64,000 nt of DNA from Azolla caroliniana (taxonomy: Eukaryota > Plantae > Polypodiophyta): positions 9,920,001 to 9,984,000 of the forward strand of contig JBHGNT010000011.1 of assembly GCA_043228905.1 (NCBI GenBank). The letters are read 5' to 3'. Both the position numbers and the translations under genes were made by a program. Below the pieces are notes generated by a model, which was given only the letters and a program-made list of their open reading frames with translations, made no database searches and had not been told where the DNA came from. This document shows, one piece after another, positions 1 to 15,600 of this stretch. Position 1 is the first letter of the stretch, and the number at the start of each line of letters is the position of its first letter.

Positions 1-899
1 TCATTTCATGGAAAAGTTTTGGTAACTAATTTGTATTTTTATAAAACTATATGCTTGTAAGACAATAAAATCTCTGAGCTCATCCCTAATAGTTAATAGG
101 AGGCAAGCCAATGACCAATAGTCTAAGGATTGCCCATATTCCACCACTCCCATATGATTATGCACAACATATGGCATAATTGGAAATACCGTAGCTTATT
201 TTGGGGCATTCAACTCCGGTACTCGACTCATCTTGCACAATCAATCCATTATTTAAGTTGTACATCCTAGAGAGCTTGAGGATGAACAATAGCAATAATT
301 ATTATATGTGCTTTCATCCTCATATAATCAAAGTATTTGTGGTCGCTATATTCCGTATTCACATTCAATTGACACCAAACCTTAATTTTGTCACGTACCA
401 TTTTTCATACCTAGGGAGACCTTATTAATCAATGTATGGTCCTTCACATTGTTGTTCTAACATTTTTGTTTGTGCAAATTCGAGAGCCTCAACGTGAATG
501 GGAAGACGCCCCAACATAGAAGTGCCGAAAACTAGATAAACTTGGTGTTGAACACCAATATTCGTGGGATAAGCTACAGTAAGGTGTATCAAACCCAAGA
601 TTGCAAGAACAAGAGCTAAAGAAACTAGCTTGACATTGGTTGAGAAAACCCTATGAAATCCAACGATCTTTAGATACGATTTTTATAAAATCAAGACCCA
701 TTATGATTACTTTTTTGTAAATTGAGTTGTGTTAATTATGAAAAGAAAAAAGAACTACAAATAACTATAACTCAAAGACAAATGATCCTGGGATCTCAAT
801 CAAGATTGTACACACTTTGAGAAGCCATGTGATGGTAAGGCCAACACAAAAGGCGAATATGATGCTTTCTCAACTCACATATTCTAAACTCCTCATGTC

Positions 900-1577
900 T
901 TTTTTTCTTTTTTTTCCAAAAAAAAAACTCCTTCCATTAGTTATAAAATTTTACAAATGAGACGATTATGTACAAATCCCTAAAGGGACGCGATAGTTCC
1001 ATCTAATGTGGAAGCCCACTGACTTAAGAAAGGGAGAGGACGACCATTGTTGGATGAAGGCTATGTGTTGTCTTTCAACTCCCTCGGAGCCACCTTTAAG
1101 GCCATCGTATTGGCTCTTCAAAGTGGCTACAATTTCACTCCATATCTCTTATAGTAACCTTGTTGGATGGGCGGTTTGGTTGGAGAAGACTCGCCTACAT
1201 CGTTGTTTCCATAGAATCCAAAGGGTTATTGTGTTGACCAATTCCAACACCTCTTGAGATTTGTCATTAAGAGGAATAGAGTGGACATTGCCGCTGGAGG
1301 AGAAAAGGACCTGTTGTGCTTTTATCACCAAAGTCATCCCCTCATCCTGATGCTCGTATCGGCCAATCGCAACCTGCCACGATAGCCAACATATATTTCC
1401 CCACTTGATTGAACCTTGCACCTGGCCTAATTGCAACAAGCGGCCAACCCCCCGCCATATTCTATGGGACGTTGGGCAGTCCCACAGAGCGTGTCGTATG
1501 GATTCTACTGCATGTGGGCACTCTGCACAATTAGGAGAGCTAAGGTTCCCACGTCTTAGCGCCCCTAAGGTTTCCAA
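900..1577 (-). mobile_element. 5'-truncated L1-like LINE remnant (ORF2 C-terminal zf-RVT region and 3' end)
   Basis: ORF 1149-1577 has C..C....ES..H.LWDC and LWILWKQRC..VF motifs typical of plant L1 ORF2 C-termini. An A-rich tail lies on the minus strand at ~900-930. The region is homologous to 6690-7320. Confidence 0.8.
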
Positions 1578-4500
1578 TGACTAGATTTGCCAAAGTGATC
1601 TACCTTTTGCATCCCAAATTCTGCCTCAACTAGGATGGCGTGACACATATACCAAATGTGCCACAACCCCCAATACTTCAAGAATAAGAAAACCATTTGA
1701 AATGTGCAACAAATGTGACACATACACCAAATGTGCAAAAAAGGGAAAGTCAAGTTGACATATAAGAAGGCCCATTGGAATGGAGGTTTGAAATCCCAAT
1801 TATAGAAGTCAAATCTACAAAAATATATGTACAAATAGATCTTGACAATGACCAAATAATAAAATGATGACAACTATTTGTATAGTGACATTGTGATGAA
1901 GAAACCCCCTAATCATGACTCTCTCGATAAACACCTAGGCGCCAAATGGAAGACAAGAGTGCCAACCTATAGCTACTACATGTTGTAGGCTTTATAATTC
2001 ACCATGTTGTAGCATCTAATCATGAGTGCAAATTAATCTATGATAAATATCGTTTGGTTTTACTTAAGTAAAATATTCAATTCTGACAAACACCTAACCA
2101 ACCTCATGTGAGAAGACTCAAGGAAATTTGTAATGGGGATTGCAAATTTGGCAAACCACGTATCTTAGACCAAAGAAGTCGGTAACTTCTAGGGATACGA
2201 AATCTCATCGTAAGTTTGAAAACTCATTATTCTCCTTTCGGTAGTTGAATTGCATATTGTATTATAACCAAACCATGTCTTGTCATTTGATATAATTGAA
2301 GTTGGAATGCACACATACTCTCTCATCACAATTTTTGCAATGTCCAAACTTCTCCAAATTACCCCCCATTTCCAATGATATCTCATTCTTCCTTTATGAT
2401 GGGGAATGTTGCACATTTTTCAAAACTAGCAACACACCAACAAGTGGTTAAGTATCATCGTTTCTACACGTTCATTTGTTTATAACTGTTCATTACACTC
2501 CACTAGGACACTTCTTTGTTTTTCGACACTTAATCCCTCATTTTCTCAAGGAAAAAACCCATCTTTGTTTACCTTCAAACATTCTTCAAAAAAAAGAGGA
2601 GCCATCACATATTTGTAAATAGTCAATATTGTCGTTCCCTAGTCTTTTAGGACCATATTATCCCTCTTTTTCTACCACATAAACCACTTTGAGAATGGAA
2701 ATGTTTCAGTTACCCTTCTTGATCACGATAACAATGGTAGGCGAATATGAAACCATAGGGAATCTTAATTGATTGTGCCACTAAAACTCTGACACGAAAA
2801 GGCCAAGTTTGTCACTTCCTATACATGAAGTTGTCCTCAATCTTTCGGGATGTCCATTGAATGAGACTCTCATTTGAGAACTACAAACTAATTGGATAAC
2901 CCAAAGGGTATGACTTGCTATATTTATTTCTATCTCATGAGTTGATCAAAGTTTTATTGTTTTAGTGCAATAAGGTTTCATCTTGTTTTGTAATGTTTGG
3001 TCTTTGCTTCCCTCGTAATCATAATAATCTTGATAGAAGTATAAATGGAAATGTCTCCAACATACATTTTTCCTAAAATGGAAAGCATGATTATTGTTCC
3101 TTTACCATGTCATGATTTTGTGGTAATGGATAGTACTCCATTCTTTGTTTGGCTTGCATAAGGGTTGTCATAGGTGAATCTTCCACCATTATCATTGCGA
3201 CAATACAAGCTTTCACATTAAAATGGCTAAGATTGCACTCTAAAGTTAATTTCACAATGTCCACATTGTAGGTTCATTGGTGACGATTGATTGCTAACAA
3301 TGTTATGTGCACATGATGAATGGTCACTAACAATATTATGCTCATGCTATAAAAAAATTGTGAGCGAGAGCATACAAACAATCAATGCCAAACGCCATTG
3401 GAAGGAAGAGGAGCAGAAAGAATGAGTGAATCAATAAATTGATAGGAGTTTCGAAATTCTAGCCTTTTTATTATAGTTTGAAACATTACAAAATTGAGGT
3501 CCCAAAGTTTTATGGATTTATTCATATCTTCGGGATTAAACTAGAATAAAAAACACCTTGAAAACTTAAGGGATACCGGATGAAATTCAACTTTTAATTA
3601 TTAAAGAGGATACCTTTGTGTGCACAAAAGGGTTTCCGTGGCGTCATTTAATGCTTAAAGTGATTGACATCATTCATGCACACACAACCGGAAAAATATT
3701 TTGCAATCATTACATGGATATTCGAACAAGGAAACAATCACAAATTTTTATTTTTTCACTAAATATGTTAACTACATCACATAATTGCATTTCCCCAAAA
3801 AATGAAGTGTGTGAACGAGTCATGGTATAATGTTCATGAGTAATCAAGGAAGCTTTAGTTATCAAGAAAATTGTCATAAACATTATTATATTAATTTATA
3901 ATTGCATATATTGCTTAAATACTCAATAAGCAATGGCAAAATATTCGAGCAAAGAACTATGCCTCTTAACAAATTATGCTATAATATTCAAAAGAACTAA
4001 ATAAAACAATGAAGTAAATTTTAGGTATACCATATGAATCAATAAAGGTTACGAAGTGCAACTTAGTTTGTAAAATGGAAATGTGTGTGTGTGTGTGCTA
4101 TGGTATTTGATATCCAATGAAATAGTTGAAAGTTGCAATAATGTATTGAATTTTTGTAAAATCTTCCCAAGTCAAAACTGAATAAGTAAAAATAAGCGAG
4201 TTGTTACATGTTATTGTCCACAATAGACATATAGCAGAACATGTATGCAAGTTCATATGACAATAATTGTCAACATACATGTCAATTCTTGATTTTAAAA
4301 GAACAACACACCATGTAATATTAACTTTATGTTGACAATTACTACCAACATACATATATATTCGTGATTTCTAAACTGTTTTGTGGGGGATATCTTAAAC
4401 CAAGTTTTCTTTAGGGGTGTATGAAAATACAAGAAAAAGATAAATGTGATGAACATGGACATTAAAATTGTTAAAAGTTCCACTAATTGTCTTTCTTACA

Positions 4501-4871
4501 TGAGCATGCATACTAAGGCCGTAAAAAGTTCCATTAAACTATTAAACTTTCTAGAGCTGGTAAGTATGTCTTGTGCCTAAATAATACCATGTACTAGGTA
4601 GGCCTAGCTCAATTGTTAAACATTGTCCAACACGTAAAATATAAGTTTTGATACACAAGAAACGAAATGAATAGACCATTTTGATGCACCACATCCTATT
4701 TGCTAACGTAACAATGACTTCTAAACTAAAATAAAATAATGAGGATATATGAATTAACATCATGCAAAAATGTCAACATATTAGAAAGGTTACCCAATTC
4801 TACAAAAACATCTCTTTATTTTTTAAGAAAACATGATTATTTTTTTCATCAAGAATAGAAAGGGTTACAGG

Positions 4872-5278
4872 CATAGTACGTAAAATTCGTGTTCGTCTAG
4901 CATAACATTCGTTTTCCTACGTTAGAAAACAAATGAGAATGTTATTCAAACATTCTTGTGTTTTTTTTTGTTTTTTTCCCATTTTTTTATTGTTTTTTTG
5001 TTTTAAAAACAAAAGATACACCCTGGTATTATAAAATCATAAGCAATACAAAAGTTGATGGTTGTTTCGGTGAGAAGAACAACCCCACCAAAACAAAGCT
5101 AATGCTAACCATAAATTCATCCATCCATTCATGACGAGAAAGTATGGTATTTACCTCATAATACATAGTTAATCCAAAAGTATGGTATTTATCATTCTTT
5201 GAGGGTGTTTTTATTATGCGAAAGATTGAAACATTCACGAATGCGAATGCACGTATGGTACGTATGGTTTATACTATG
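4872..5278. mobile_element. Small non-autonomous TIR element (hAT-like MITE), copy 1
   Basis: Termini are CATAGT...ACTATG, flanked by gttacagg/gttacaac (degenerate 8-bp TSD). It shares cgaatgcgaatgca.gtatggtacgtatggtt with 50570-50805. Confidence 0.55.
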
Positions 5279-6689
5279 GTTACAACTTACAACTTACAAG
5301 AACTTTTCAGACTAGGCTCTTAGAACAAAACTATTATTATATTACAACTTTGCACATCCCCATTTGTAAAGTCTACCCATTTACAAAAAGAGTTGTTTGT
5401 AAAAGAAACCACAATACGCAATATTTGCACACATCTGGTTTGTCAAGAAAAGATGCAAAGTACATATTATTAATTGTCCCTCACATGTATAGTAAAATCC
5501 ATCCATTCACAAAAGAGTTGCTTGTAGGAGCTTGACTTTCAAAGATTCGTGTTTCCATCATTAGGGATCAATGATGATGGAATGGCTAGTCTTTGGTTTC
5601 ATTAAGTAGTCGGTCCTATTCCTTTCTATTTAGATCTCTCTTGTCGACATATTGGTTTGTAAGACAATGAAGCCAGAACAAAAAAACATTTACATATTGC
5701 GAGACTCAGAAAAGTTTGAAGTGATTATAGTTATCCTCGTTTCTAGATTAGATTGAAAATGTATGTTTTGAAGTAAACCAATTGCACTGTAGATAGGTAA
5801 TGTTGTAGACTTCCGCTTAAAGATTCCTTAAAAAAATCCATAAAGCTCCACCAATGTCTTATTTTTTGAAACATCTCAAAATACCAATATTTTGTTACTA
5901 ACATAGGCATCCTTCTAAAGCCATTTTAAAAATCTTCTATAGATTAATAGAAATATGATCTCAACAGAAAACAAAATATTTGTTACAAACGCAACTGGTT
6001 GATGATTTGACCTCCTCCATCATCATTGTACACATTTTTTAATAGAAAACTAGTGCACACTCCATACATACTAGGCCATAGAGAGTGCTGGAGGTATAAT
6101 GTAAATAATATATTGCAAAAAGCTCATACTTAAATGAAGAACAAAACAAGACAATATCCAATCAAGAGACTATAAAAGTCTTGATATAAACAAAATGTAT
6201 AATATCACAATGGATAACATATAACAACAAACATGTAGGCTTGGGGACCATGATTTTAACAATCAAACTTAATCATAATAATTAATATAAGATTTTGGTC
6301 AACTAAATTTTTTGCTTGTTGATCCTTTTCCTTGTTTGAAGTGTTTGTTGTTCTTTGTTAATATGACATGCTATAATAATCTCGTCCTCACCTCTTTAAC
6401 CTCTTAGTTCCCTAGCTAATTAAATAATGTAACTATAGGACCCCTTGATATAAGTTGGAAACTATATGTATTGTCTTCTATAGAACAAGCTTGCACTTAC
6501 CTCTTGATCCACATTGAGGCATGTTGCATACACCTTTAATCATCCATTTAATAAAATTTGCTTTAAATGTGGGTAGAAATGTAAAGAAAGAGACAAAGAG
6601 AACTTTACAACTTCTTCTTTATTTTTTCTATTGTTGATTTGAGCACTCATTTTCTTATTTCCTTAATGACTCTCATTAACCCTAAACCA

Positions 6690-7970
6690 AAAAAAACTCC
6701 TTCCATTAGTTATAAAATTTTACAGATGAGATTATTATTTACAAATCCCTGTAGGGACGCGATAGGTCCATCTTATGTGGATGCCCACTGACTCAATAAA
6801 GGGGGAGGACGACCATTGTTGGATGAAGGCTAGTCGTTGTCTTTCAACTCTATCAGAGTCGCCCTTGAGGCCATCATATTGGCTCTTTAGAGTGGCTACA
6901 ACTTCACTCCATATCTCTTGCATTAACACTATTGGCTGCGCGGTTTAGTTAGAGAAGACTCGTCTACACCATTGTTTCCATAGAATTCAAAGAGTTATTG
7001 GGCTAACCAATTCCAACATAACTTGAGATTTGGCATTGATAGGACTTGAGTGGACATTGTCGATGGTGGAGAAAAAAACCTCTCGTGCTTTTATCACCAA
7101 AGCCATCCCCGCCTCCTGATGCTCGTATCTGTCAACTGGGGCCTACCACGATAGCCAACATATATTTCCCCACTTGATTAGGCCTTGCACCTGGCATAAT
7201 TGCAATAAGTGGCTAACCCCTTGCCATATTCGATGGGACTCAGGGCAGTCCCACAGAGCGTGTCAGATTGATTCTATTGCATTTGTGCACGCTACAAAAT
7301 TAGGAGAGCTAAGGTTCCCACATTGCCATGCACCAACCAGTGGTGACCTATGTATTAATAGCCATTGGAAACTTGGTGATAATTGTATGAGGAAACATGA
7401 TATGTGTGCCAGACCTTTGCAGCAACCGGTTCTCGGGCGGTTTGAGTAGCTAGAATATGGCGACCCAATCTAGTTGTGAATTGAAAGAAAGGGATAGGTT
7501 TGCTTCCTTGCCCTGCATAAGGATCATGCCATGTCCATTGCAAGGGGTCCCAATTGACCTTTAACGTCACCATGTGTTTTCATGAGTACAAATGTGCCAA
7601 TCTAGTTGTACTTTGATAGGATCAGGATCTACAATCCATTTATGCCCAATATACGCTAGTACTCGAATTGCCTTATTCTGTGTTGGTGTCTCGTTGTCTT
7701 GCAATTTAGAGCTTGCGATCCTGTCCGGTGTTTCCCTACCTCTTGGGATCAAAGAGCCCTCCTCGTAGCCTATCCATTTCTCCATTGTCGTCCTTTGATT
7801 AGCAACTTCTCTAATCAGTAGAGTGTTAATGATTTTAGATCTCATAGCCCATCCGCCCTTGATTCCATGGAGTGTGTTGGCTTGGTCTTGTATTGGCAAT
7901 GACATAAACCATCTCCAACATTCTATACTTTTTCTTGGACCTTCCGCAATGTATCCCCATGACAACCCCT
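6690..7970 (-). mobile_element. L1-like LINE remnant, same family as 900-1577 but extending further 5'
   Basis: Shares the 3' end aaaaaaactccttccattagttataaaattttaca and a collinear internal sequence with 920-1550. Broken ORFs at 6735-6929, 7355-7573 and 7567-7965. Confidence 0.75.
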
Positions 7971-8090
7971 TACTTAATCCAATTCGTTGATTCGATTCAT
8001 CTCTGATACATGGGTTCCATAAGATACATTGACTGAGCCAAGTAGGTTCAAAGTTAGGTTGATCGCACTTGATCCCTCGTCTAATGTCAC

Positions 8091-9480
8091 AGAAAGAAAG
8101 AAAGAAAGAAAGAAAAATATATTAACGTCTTCTAAGGCCAAATTTGGCCCATGAGACAATTGGTTTACAACAAAAATGAGTGTTTATCCAATCATCAAAA
8201 CTAAAATAAAAGAAAATAGCTTAAGCTAAGAGAGTTCTAGTAGTGTACAAATCTTTGCACTAAGCCTAATCTCATTTCCATCCAAGTCTCTCAAAAAGAA
8301 GTGGGAGATCAAAAGTTTTTGGTGTGGGTGTGACCCATGGTCCCAATGCATAGAGTGCCCTAGCCATGGCTTCTAGGCGGTGTAGTTCACATTCCCTTAT
8401 TTTCTTTATTGCTTCTACATCTTGTCGAGTTGCTTTGAACCCGGCATCCAAGGGCGTTTGGTTCTCCTTTGATTTTCTACTTCATCAAGGAAAAGCCCGA
8501 GTGGTGCAGGTGTGTCGACATTCATTGTCTCCCCCTGTTCCTGAAAAACTTCATTTGTTACATGTTGGTGAACATTAGCAACATTATTATCAACGTTTTG
8601 TAACTTATTCTCTTTGTGTTGTTTCAATTCTAAGATGTATCTACCTAATTTCTTTATATCTAGTGTATCTAATAGTTTAGGGAGGGTGGGAGAGGAACCA
8701 AGTATGTCTTGGTATTTTGCCCTTATCTCGGCATAGGTGGGGCATTTGCATGTAAAATGGTACTCATCCTCTATCTCTATGTGGCATAACCTACATATCC
8801 TTTCCTCCCTAGGGACTCCATTAGTACGTCCATTCTCAATCTCAAGTTGGTGAGATGATATTCTAAGTTGACCAATGGCAACCCTTAGTGCATGTGGTAA
8901 GAATACATCTAGATATCTTGGTCGCGTGATAAAACCTAACTTAGAGAAGTGCATAAAGTGTTCCTTATAGTACGACATTTTAGATGGGAGTGGCTCTAGT
9001 GGGGTGATCCATTTATACCGAGTATAAATTTGCCATATTTCTTGGCGTATTACTTTATTATGGTCCTCATGAGAGATTAAAGTGTTATCAGTCGTGTGGT
9101 CATACTTAAGGGGGGGGGGGGGGGGGGAGGTTATTAATGTCTAGACCGTTGGCAAGAAGCCAACTCACCATCATGCCATACCATGAGCTAGTATAGCCGG
9201 ACTCATACAATGCTCGAGAAGCCTTAAAGGCTTGATGGGATATTCTATCAAGTGATTGGTTATGTATCCTGTGGATAAAGACTACAAGTTGAAAAAGTGC
9301 TTCTACTAACACAGGGGGTAGAGTGAACTCAGCCCTAATAATGTCATGTGGGACCGACGATTTGCTTCGGAGTTGGCGTGATAACATCATCACCAATGGT
9401 CTCTCTAATTGTGTCCACATGAAAGATGGTAGTCCTGGAGCCCAAACTGCTGATGCATACACCACACCTTCCACATGGAT
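8091..9480 (-). mobile_element. Non-LTR retrotransposon remnant (RTE/L2-like C-terminus)
   Basis: ORF 8415-8978 has LRISSHQLEIENGR...ERICRLC...EDEYHF..KCP. ORF 9106-9474 has the YASAVW post-RT motif. A (GAAA)n microsatellite at ~8091-8115 is the likely 3' tail. Confidence 0.75.
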
Positions 9481-10659
9481 GCACTGAATCTATCCTCCAA
9501 TTGGCGGGAGAAACTAGGTTTGAGATCCATGTTTAGAATCCATCCAGTTTGGGGGTTCTAATTGGCCCCTTTTTGTGGCTTAAAGTAAGCAAAACGTAAA
9601 CACAATAGCATTTTCCAACAATCATTCTTTGGTTGGAGTCCTCGCATCACAAATTTGGTGAGTAGGGCTTTTGATTGTGAGGGCCAGTGGCATGATCTTC
9701 CTTACCAGCTCAAACACAAACTCAACTCTTGGATAGAAGCCTGGGTACTAAATTGCAAGGATGACACATGTTCACATCTTGATAATGGTGCCAATATCAC
9801 CCGGCCGAAGTCATAGCTAACAATTTTCTTCTCGTTAGATCATTGTGAGGTGAAACAAGCATACAACCTATTCTTGGCAAGGTTGGTACCAATCACCAAC
9901 AAGTGTTTCAACATTGCTTATGCTTTCTCTTGATCTCACAAACATTTAATTAGCAAAGGGGTTAACTTACTAATATGCACTTTGGAACTTAACAATGCAC
10001 TTGATTGCTTAAATGGAATGAAAGAAGAGAAAGAAAAAGGCTAAGAAATAACAATGATAATTGCCAACAAATTTTTCGCAAGATCCCAAGATACAATAAT
10101 TGTTTTGCCCAAAAAGGAGTCTAACCCCAATACATCTAGTATGAAAGGTTGGGACATTGGAATGAAAAGAGATAAAAAAGAGTGTCGTGAGGAGATCCTT
10201 TAGTTTCAGTGTAGTGAGTCGATGATGGACAACCATGCCACTTGTTGTCATTGTAGGTCTCTTACATGCCCTCGTGATTCGTTATCCTACAACAAACGTG
10301 CACCAATGAAGACTAGGTGTTTGCTTCAAAATGTTGATCCTTGGCAATGAACTCCCATCCTTTTAGAGGCTTCAAGAGAGCCCTCAACAAAAATAGGAAT
10401 GTGTTGCACAAATCGCCACTAGTCCCTAACACTCAACTTTTGCAAAAGTGAGTTCCTCCTTCCATTCTACCACATTCGTCATTCCTATATAATGCACATT
10501 ATAAACTCCTCCTATAATCCATTACAAGATTCAAATCTTATCCCTTATCATCCCAAGGGTTAGCTCTTGTCAATTGAGCTATATCTTTTTGTTGGTTTAG
10601 GGTTAGCATATCAAGATTCAACTCATCCTTGCTAATTCTTTGCCCATACCTTGACCTTG

Positions 10660-10911
10660 CGAACTGAACTGAATTATTAAACCGTTAGGTAGTTCGGTTC
10701 GGTTTTGTTGAGGCTTGAGCTTCCTTAACTAGTTTGAGCTCGGTTGGATGGCTGAAGCCAAGCCGAACCGATTTGGGCCAATCTTGTTTCCAAACTAGTT
10801 AATGCTTAATTGGTTTGGCTAAACTAGTTCCTAAACCAATTAAGGCTTAACCTGTTTGGTTTGGAAAAGGCCAAACTGGTTAAACTGAAACCGAACCATT
10901 GCCAATTCCTA
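10660..10911. repeat. MITE-like fragment rich in GGTTCGGTT/AACCGAACC motifs
   Basis: Clustered aaccgaacc/ggttcggtt motifs end in ccattgccaattccta (reverse complement TAGGAATTGGCAATGG, hAT-MITE-like terminus). The same motifs occur at 59.3-60.3 kb. Confidence 0.45.
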
Positions 10912-12683
10912 GTGACAAGGTGGCTTCGAGATTTATCTCACCCAATAAAACCCTAGATTATCAATGCCACAAGAATATTCTATCTTATGATGGCAAAGCA
11001 ATATGTTGAATCCTTACTAAACATTTTTTCCACTAAGTGCGCAATATATCTATACATCATACTTGATCACCTATTGTCTAAGTACAAAGTAGGGAGATGC
11101 AACCAATATACCATGTTGGTTAGAATTTGATTCTTTGGTAGATTTACAAAGCCAATAACCAAGTTACAATCTTGTAAACAAATTTAGATCTCATCATGGA
11201 ACAAACCTTGTATTTTATGCCAAAAATGATCATTGCTTCCGTTGAGAGCATGTGAATCCACATATTTATATCATCTTCTATATTTGAGAAATTACAAGCA
11301 AGGGAATGAATGATGCTTTTTTGGATAACTGAGGCATGATTGTGAACCAGTATTATCTATGATGACTTCATTAGCACTTATATTCATAGTTGTATTTAAT
11401 ATTGTTGCCTTATGTGATAGCATTATTTTGAACACTTGAGAGCAGGAAGTATTTTTTAGTGAAGGTTCAAATCCAAATAAACAATCTTATACAAAGCTGC
11501 ATTAGCCGGTTTAATCTTGCAAAGGGCATATGTTTGTTCACGTTTAAGGTGTGACATCTGGATCACCTTATCTGATACATTAGGCAATGATTTTTCATTT
11601 TGCATGAAAAATAATGCATACTTGTAGTTGTAGGTATTGCTATCTTACCATTCTGCAAAACAATGATGTACAAACATCATCACGAGTATTAGCCTCCACC
11701 TGTAACTGTAACATCTTCAACGTTTGTGCAAAATCCAACAAAAACAAATAAATTTCAACCTCAATTCCATAGTCACCATAAATCTCAACCTTGAGGATCA
11801 AATAACGCAATTATTAGTCATATAAATATATTTCTCAAGGATTCAGAGTTCACTAACTTGGCAACACAACTGGTGTACAAGATATGTCTCATCTTTCAAT
11901 CTGATTTCAGTCAAACATGGTGAACTGGTCTTGGTTGTCACATGATTCCGAATCTTACAAATACTTTTTTCTGAAATTGGATTGGATTTCAGATAGTTTC
12001 ACAAGAGCTAAAAATATTCTCAAGGCTCTTAAATTTATTTATTTATTTAACTTTTTCTGAAAAAATGGGGTGCATATTAACTGTATCAAAAACCATCAAA
12101 CTTCTAAGCAATCTAGTTGTTTGTTGATTGTAAACAAATATATACTAATACTACAGATACATTATCTGACTCATTCGTCAATATCAATGGATGCAATGCA
12201 GAATAAAACACTCCACTTAATTGCTCCAATTGACCAATTTGAAGGAGAGAATGGCCCCAATGAAGTGAGGAAGCCTGCTTCCTTTCATCTACTGCCTTTG
12301 ATGATCTGGAAGAAGCATGCCATACGTTCGTCAAGGTACGAATGCATACCTGGTTTATGCTGTAACCACATTATAACTGCTACCACATTAGCTGTAACCA
12401 CATTCCACATTAGCAGCAAACAGTCAACTGGTGATTCAGGCCACAAGACCTCACACATGCCCGAAGTGGTGGAATCATGGCCATTCTGACGAAACCGACA
12501 AAGAAATGCTAATTTCCTCACATTTTCTTCCCTTCACAAGCTGAATATTGAGCTACAGAAATAAGTTACTCTCAACCCACGTATTGCAACGTTCATGCAT
12601 TGGTTTCTCATCTAGAAATGAACCAGATTAGAAGAATGTACATTCAAATTGCTTCAAATATTAACAAAGTTTCTGTGGACACT

Positions 12684-15600
12684 TCAAATACACAAAACCT
12701 TCATCGTTTCCATGTCTACCTCAACAACCAATATATCATTACCATTCTTTACTTCAAACTCTCCTTCTATAGTTTTTCCATTAGAATCCTTCACACTGAC
12801 AGTGTAAACACCATGATATCCTCTGAACTTGAAGCAACCCATATCATCAGTTGTTCCATTACACGATGTTTGCCATTCATTTCTTAAAGCAATGAGTGTC
12901 TTTCCAGCTTCATTTATCCTACCATCTGAATCCACCAAATGTGCATTCTCTCTATGCATGGCAGTTTCCATGAATCCCCACAATAATACTCCTTCAACAG
13001 CCGGATGTGCGTATGCCTCACGCAAAACAACTTCAAGATCATCACTTCGCAAGAATTCATTATGTGAATCCACATCTACTTCGGTAAACCATATAGGAAT
13101 GCCCAACATTGCCAGTTTATCCAATGCATTACTTATGATCGGACCCACTGGGCATGTTAGATGTCCTTGCACTCCAATGCCACCAACTAGTGCTCCCTTC
13201 TCTTGGAGACCTTTGATCTGATCAATATATTTTTCTGGAGATGATTTTGCATCCAGTCCATCCACAACATGGTAATCATTTACAAAGAGCTTTGGTTTCG
13301 GGTCAAATTGCTTCACTAGCTTAAACATGTAAGGCAAGATTTCTTCACCCAAGCGATCCTTATAGAAGGATCCATGAAGCATTTCATTATTCACATCATA
13401 GTGCTCAAACTTGCCACAAAACCTAGAAACGACATCGCTTAATCGGTTTTGAAGAGCTATAGCTAGTTCATTGCCATCCAGTTCCTTAACCCACGGTTGC
13501 ACTGCATCTTCAGCCTCCCAAAAAATGCAATGGCCTCTCATCAAGATGCCATGGTCTATGCATAGATTGCACAACTCATCAGCTTCGGTATATGTCACCT
13601 TTCCCTTCTCCTTTTCAGTCCAACCCCATTTTATCTCATTCTCAAACACAGCCCAGTTGAAATTGTTAACGAAAAAATCCAAATACTGGTCCCGCTTGAG
13701 GCTGTAACTGTTGATGCATGACCCAAGTGGAAAAGTATGTTTTTTGTATTTGATATCCACAACAGCATTGGATATCAGAATTCCGCTTTTTCCTTTCACT
13801 CGTACCACAGCATCCCGCTTGCGCACCTGCAGGAAACTCAAATTAGAATACAGTGAAGATGTCAACGTTATCTACATCATCAAGAATAATTTCTATGGTA
13901 TTGATGATATCCTGACATCAGGTTCTAGAGCTAGTGGACTTTCTATGATATCACTGGGATCCTGGTGGCCTGACAGCAAAAGGTCCTTACAGATTTGGTA
14001 TTAAATGATTTGTTCCCTTGATGACCCATCTGGGATCTAGAATTCCCACGGAACCCAGATCAGTGTACAAATGGCATGTTTTTCATCTTGAAAAGTGGAA
14101 TGACAGTGAGCCAGATGATTTCAGCATGTGAGCTAGACACATCTGCACGATTGTCGCATGTGATGTGAACCAGGCCACTCAGAGATATCTATATGCCCCT
14201 GGGCCCTAATCCCCCACTCATTCCTTGTGGAACCACATTACCAATACAATTTGTAGTTTCAACCTATTTTGGAGTCTGACTCCCCATCCACCACAAAAGT
14301 ATAAACTAGGCTGGGTTGTTTATAATCTTAACAAAAATTAATGTAGGTTGAGAAACACACGTTGTCAGTTCGCAATTTCAGCATTTCAAATCGAGCTGCT
14401 CTATCAACTGCAAAGATCATAAGATTGGCGACCATCAAATCTACATTTGCAGAGGGGCCCTGGACATAGAGCAGCACATCTTTCGGCTCTGTTTCAAAGC
14501 GAAAGGAACCCACAATCTCTTTCCAACAAAATGAATCCGCTTCAACTTCTCCTCCACTAACCCATTCTCCATCAAAACCCAACGCCACATTTACTAATTG
14601 TGGCCCTACTGTGTTCTCGCTGATTCGAACCCATGCTGAGACTTGGTAGGTAACGAATGGTTGAACTTTTCCTGTTATTTTCTGGGACGGACCTTCCCAG
14701 TAACAAGTGCGTAATTTTGCAACTATGTAAACCCCAGATACTGGCTGGGAAAAACCCAAAGATTCTCTTGCTAATGGTGGAAGAATCAAAGGAGCCCCAG
14801 AGCGTAATTCAATAATGCATGGACCAAGACAATCCCATCCATTTAATCCGTTTAGAAATCCAGAATTCTCCACAATGTTCACTCCATATTGAGGATTCTG
14901 TAAAAACGAAAAAATTTCCATTTAATTTTGCAAAAGGAATAACAGCAACTGGTTCTTAAGCCTTCAAAATACAAGCATTATCCAACCTAAACTTGAGTAA
15001 AATCAAAATATTATGAATCATGGATGAAGTAAGAATTTCATAAATAGATAGGAATTAGAATATGGGAGAATAAGGGACTTGGAAACTTCTTTAAAGAGGA
15101 CATTCACATCCAAGGAAAAATATAGACAATCATCACCAGTTCAAACACTAGCATCCCACTGACAAAGTTGAAAAGAATGGAAGTTTCTGTGAGCTGCGCA
15201 TTACTACATAGCTGTTCACTGAACAATCAGTTCAGCACCTTTCAGCATAAGGCATACCATTACAGCAGAAGATGGAGATGAAGACATACTCTGACATGAG
15301 AACTAATGCACATGAAAACATGAACTAAGTAGATACTCATAAAGTTGCAAAAAGATAACATTATACACAGCAAGGATGTCCACTATTCTGCGTCACATAT
15401 TCTGGATCAAACATCATTGGTACATGTCCCATGTCCTGTTGATAATCCAACAGTATGTTTAATTCACGCACCGTGATGCTTTCTATAGGTTCCATTGAAT
15501 CACCATCTGCTAACGGTTCTTTATTGTACTCCTGTGTTGAATGATTTTAATAATAATAAAATGAATCACCTCAAGAGTGGCCTATTATTTTTTGCAAGAA

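Noticed and set aside
1900-3300. Possible very old Gypsy gag/protease remnant
   Set aside because: Only faint zinc-knuckle-like and protease-like traces; I could not define boundaries or a reading frame.
9540-10600. Possible decayed LTR retroelement fragment
   Set aside because: Too degenerate to support a specific call.
12070-12521. Overlapping short ORFs just past the xylanase stop codon
   Set aside because: No recognisable motifs; probably 3' UTR or intergenic sequence.
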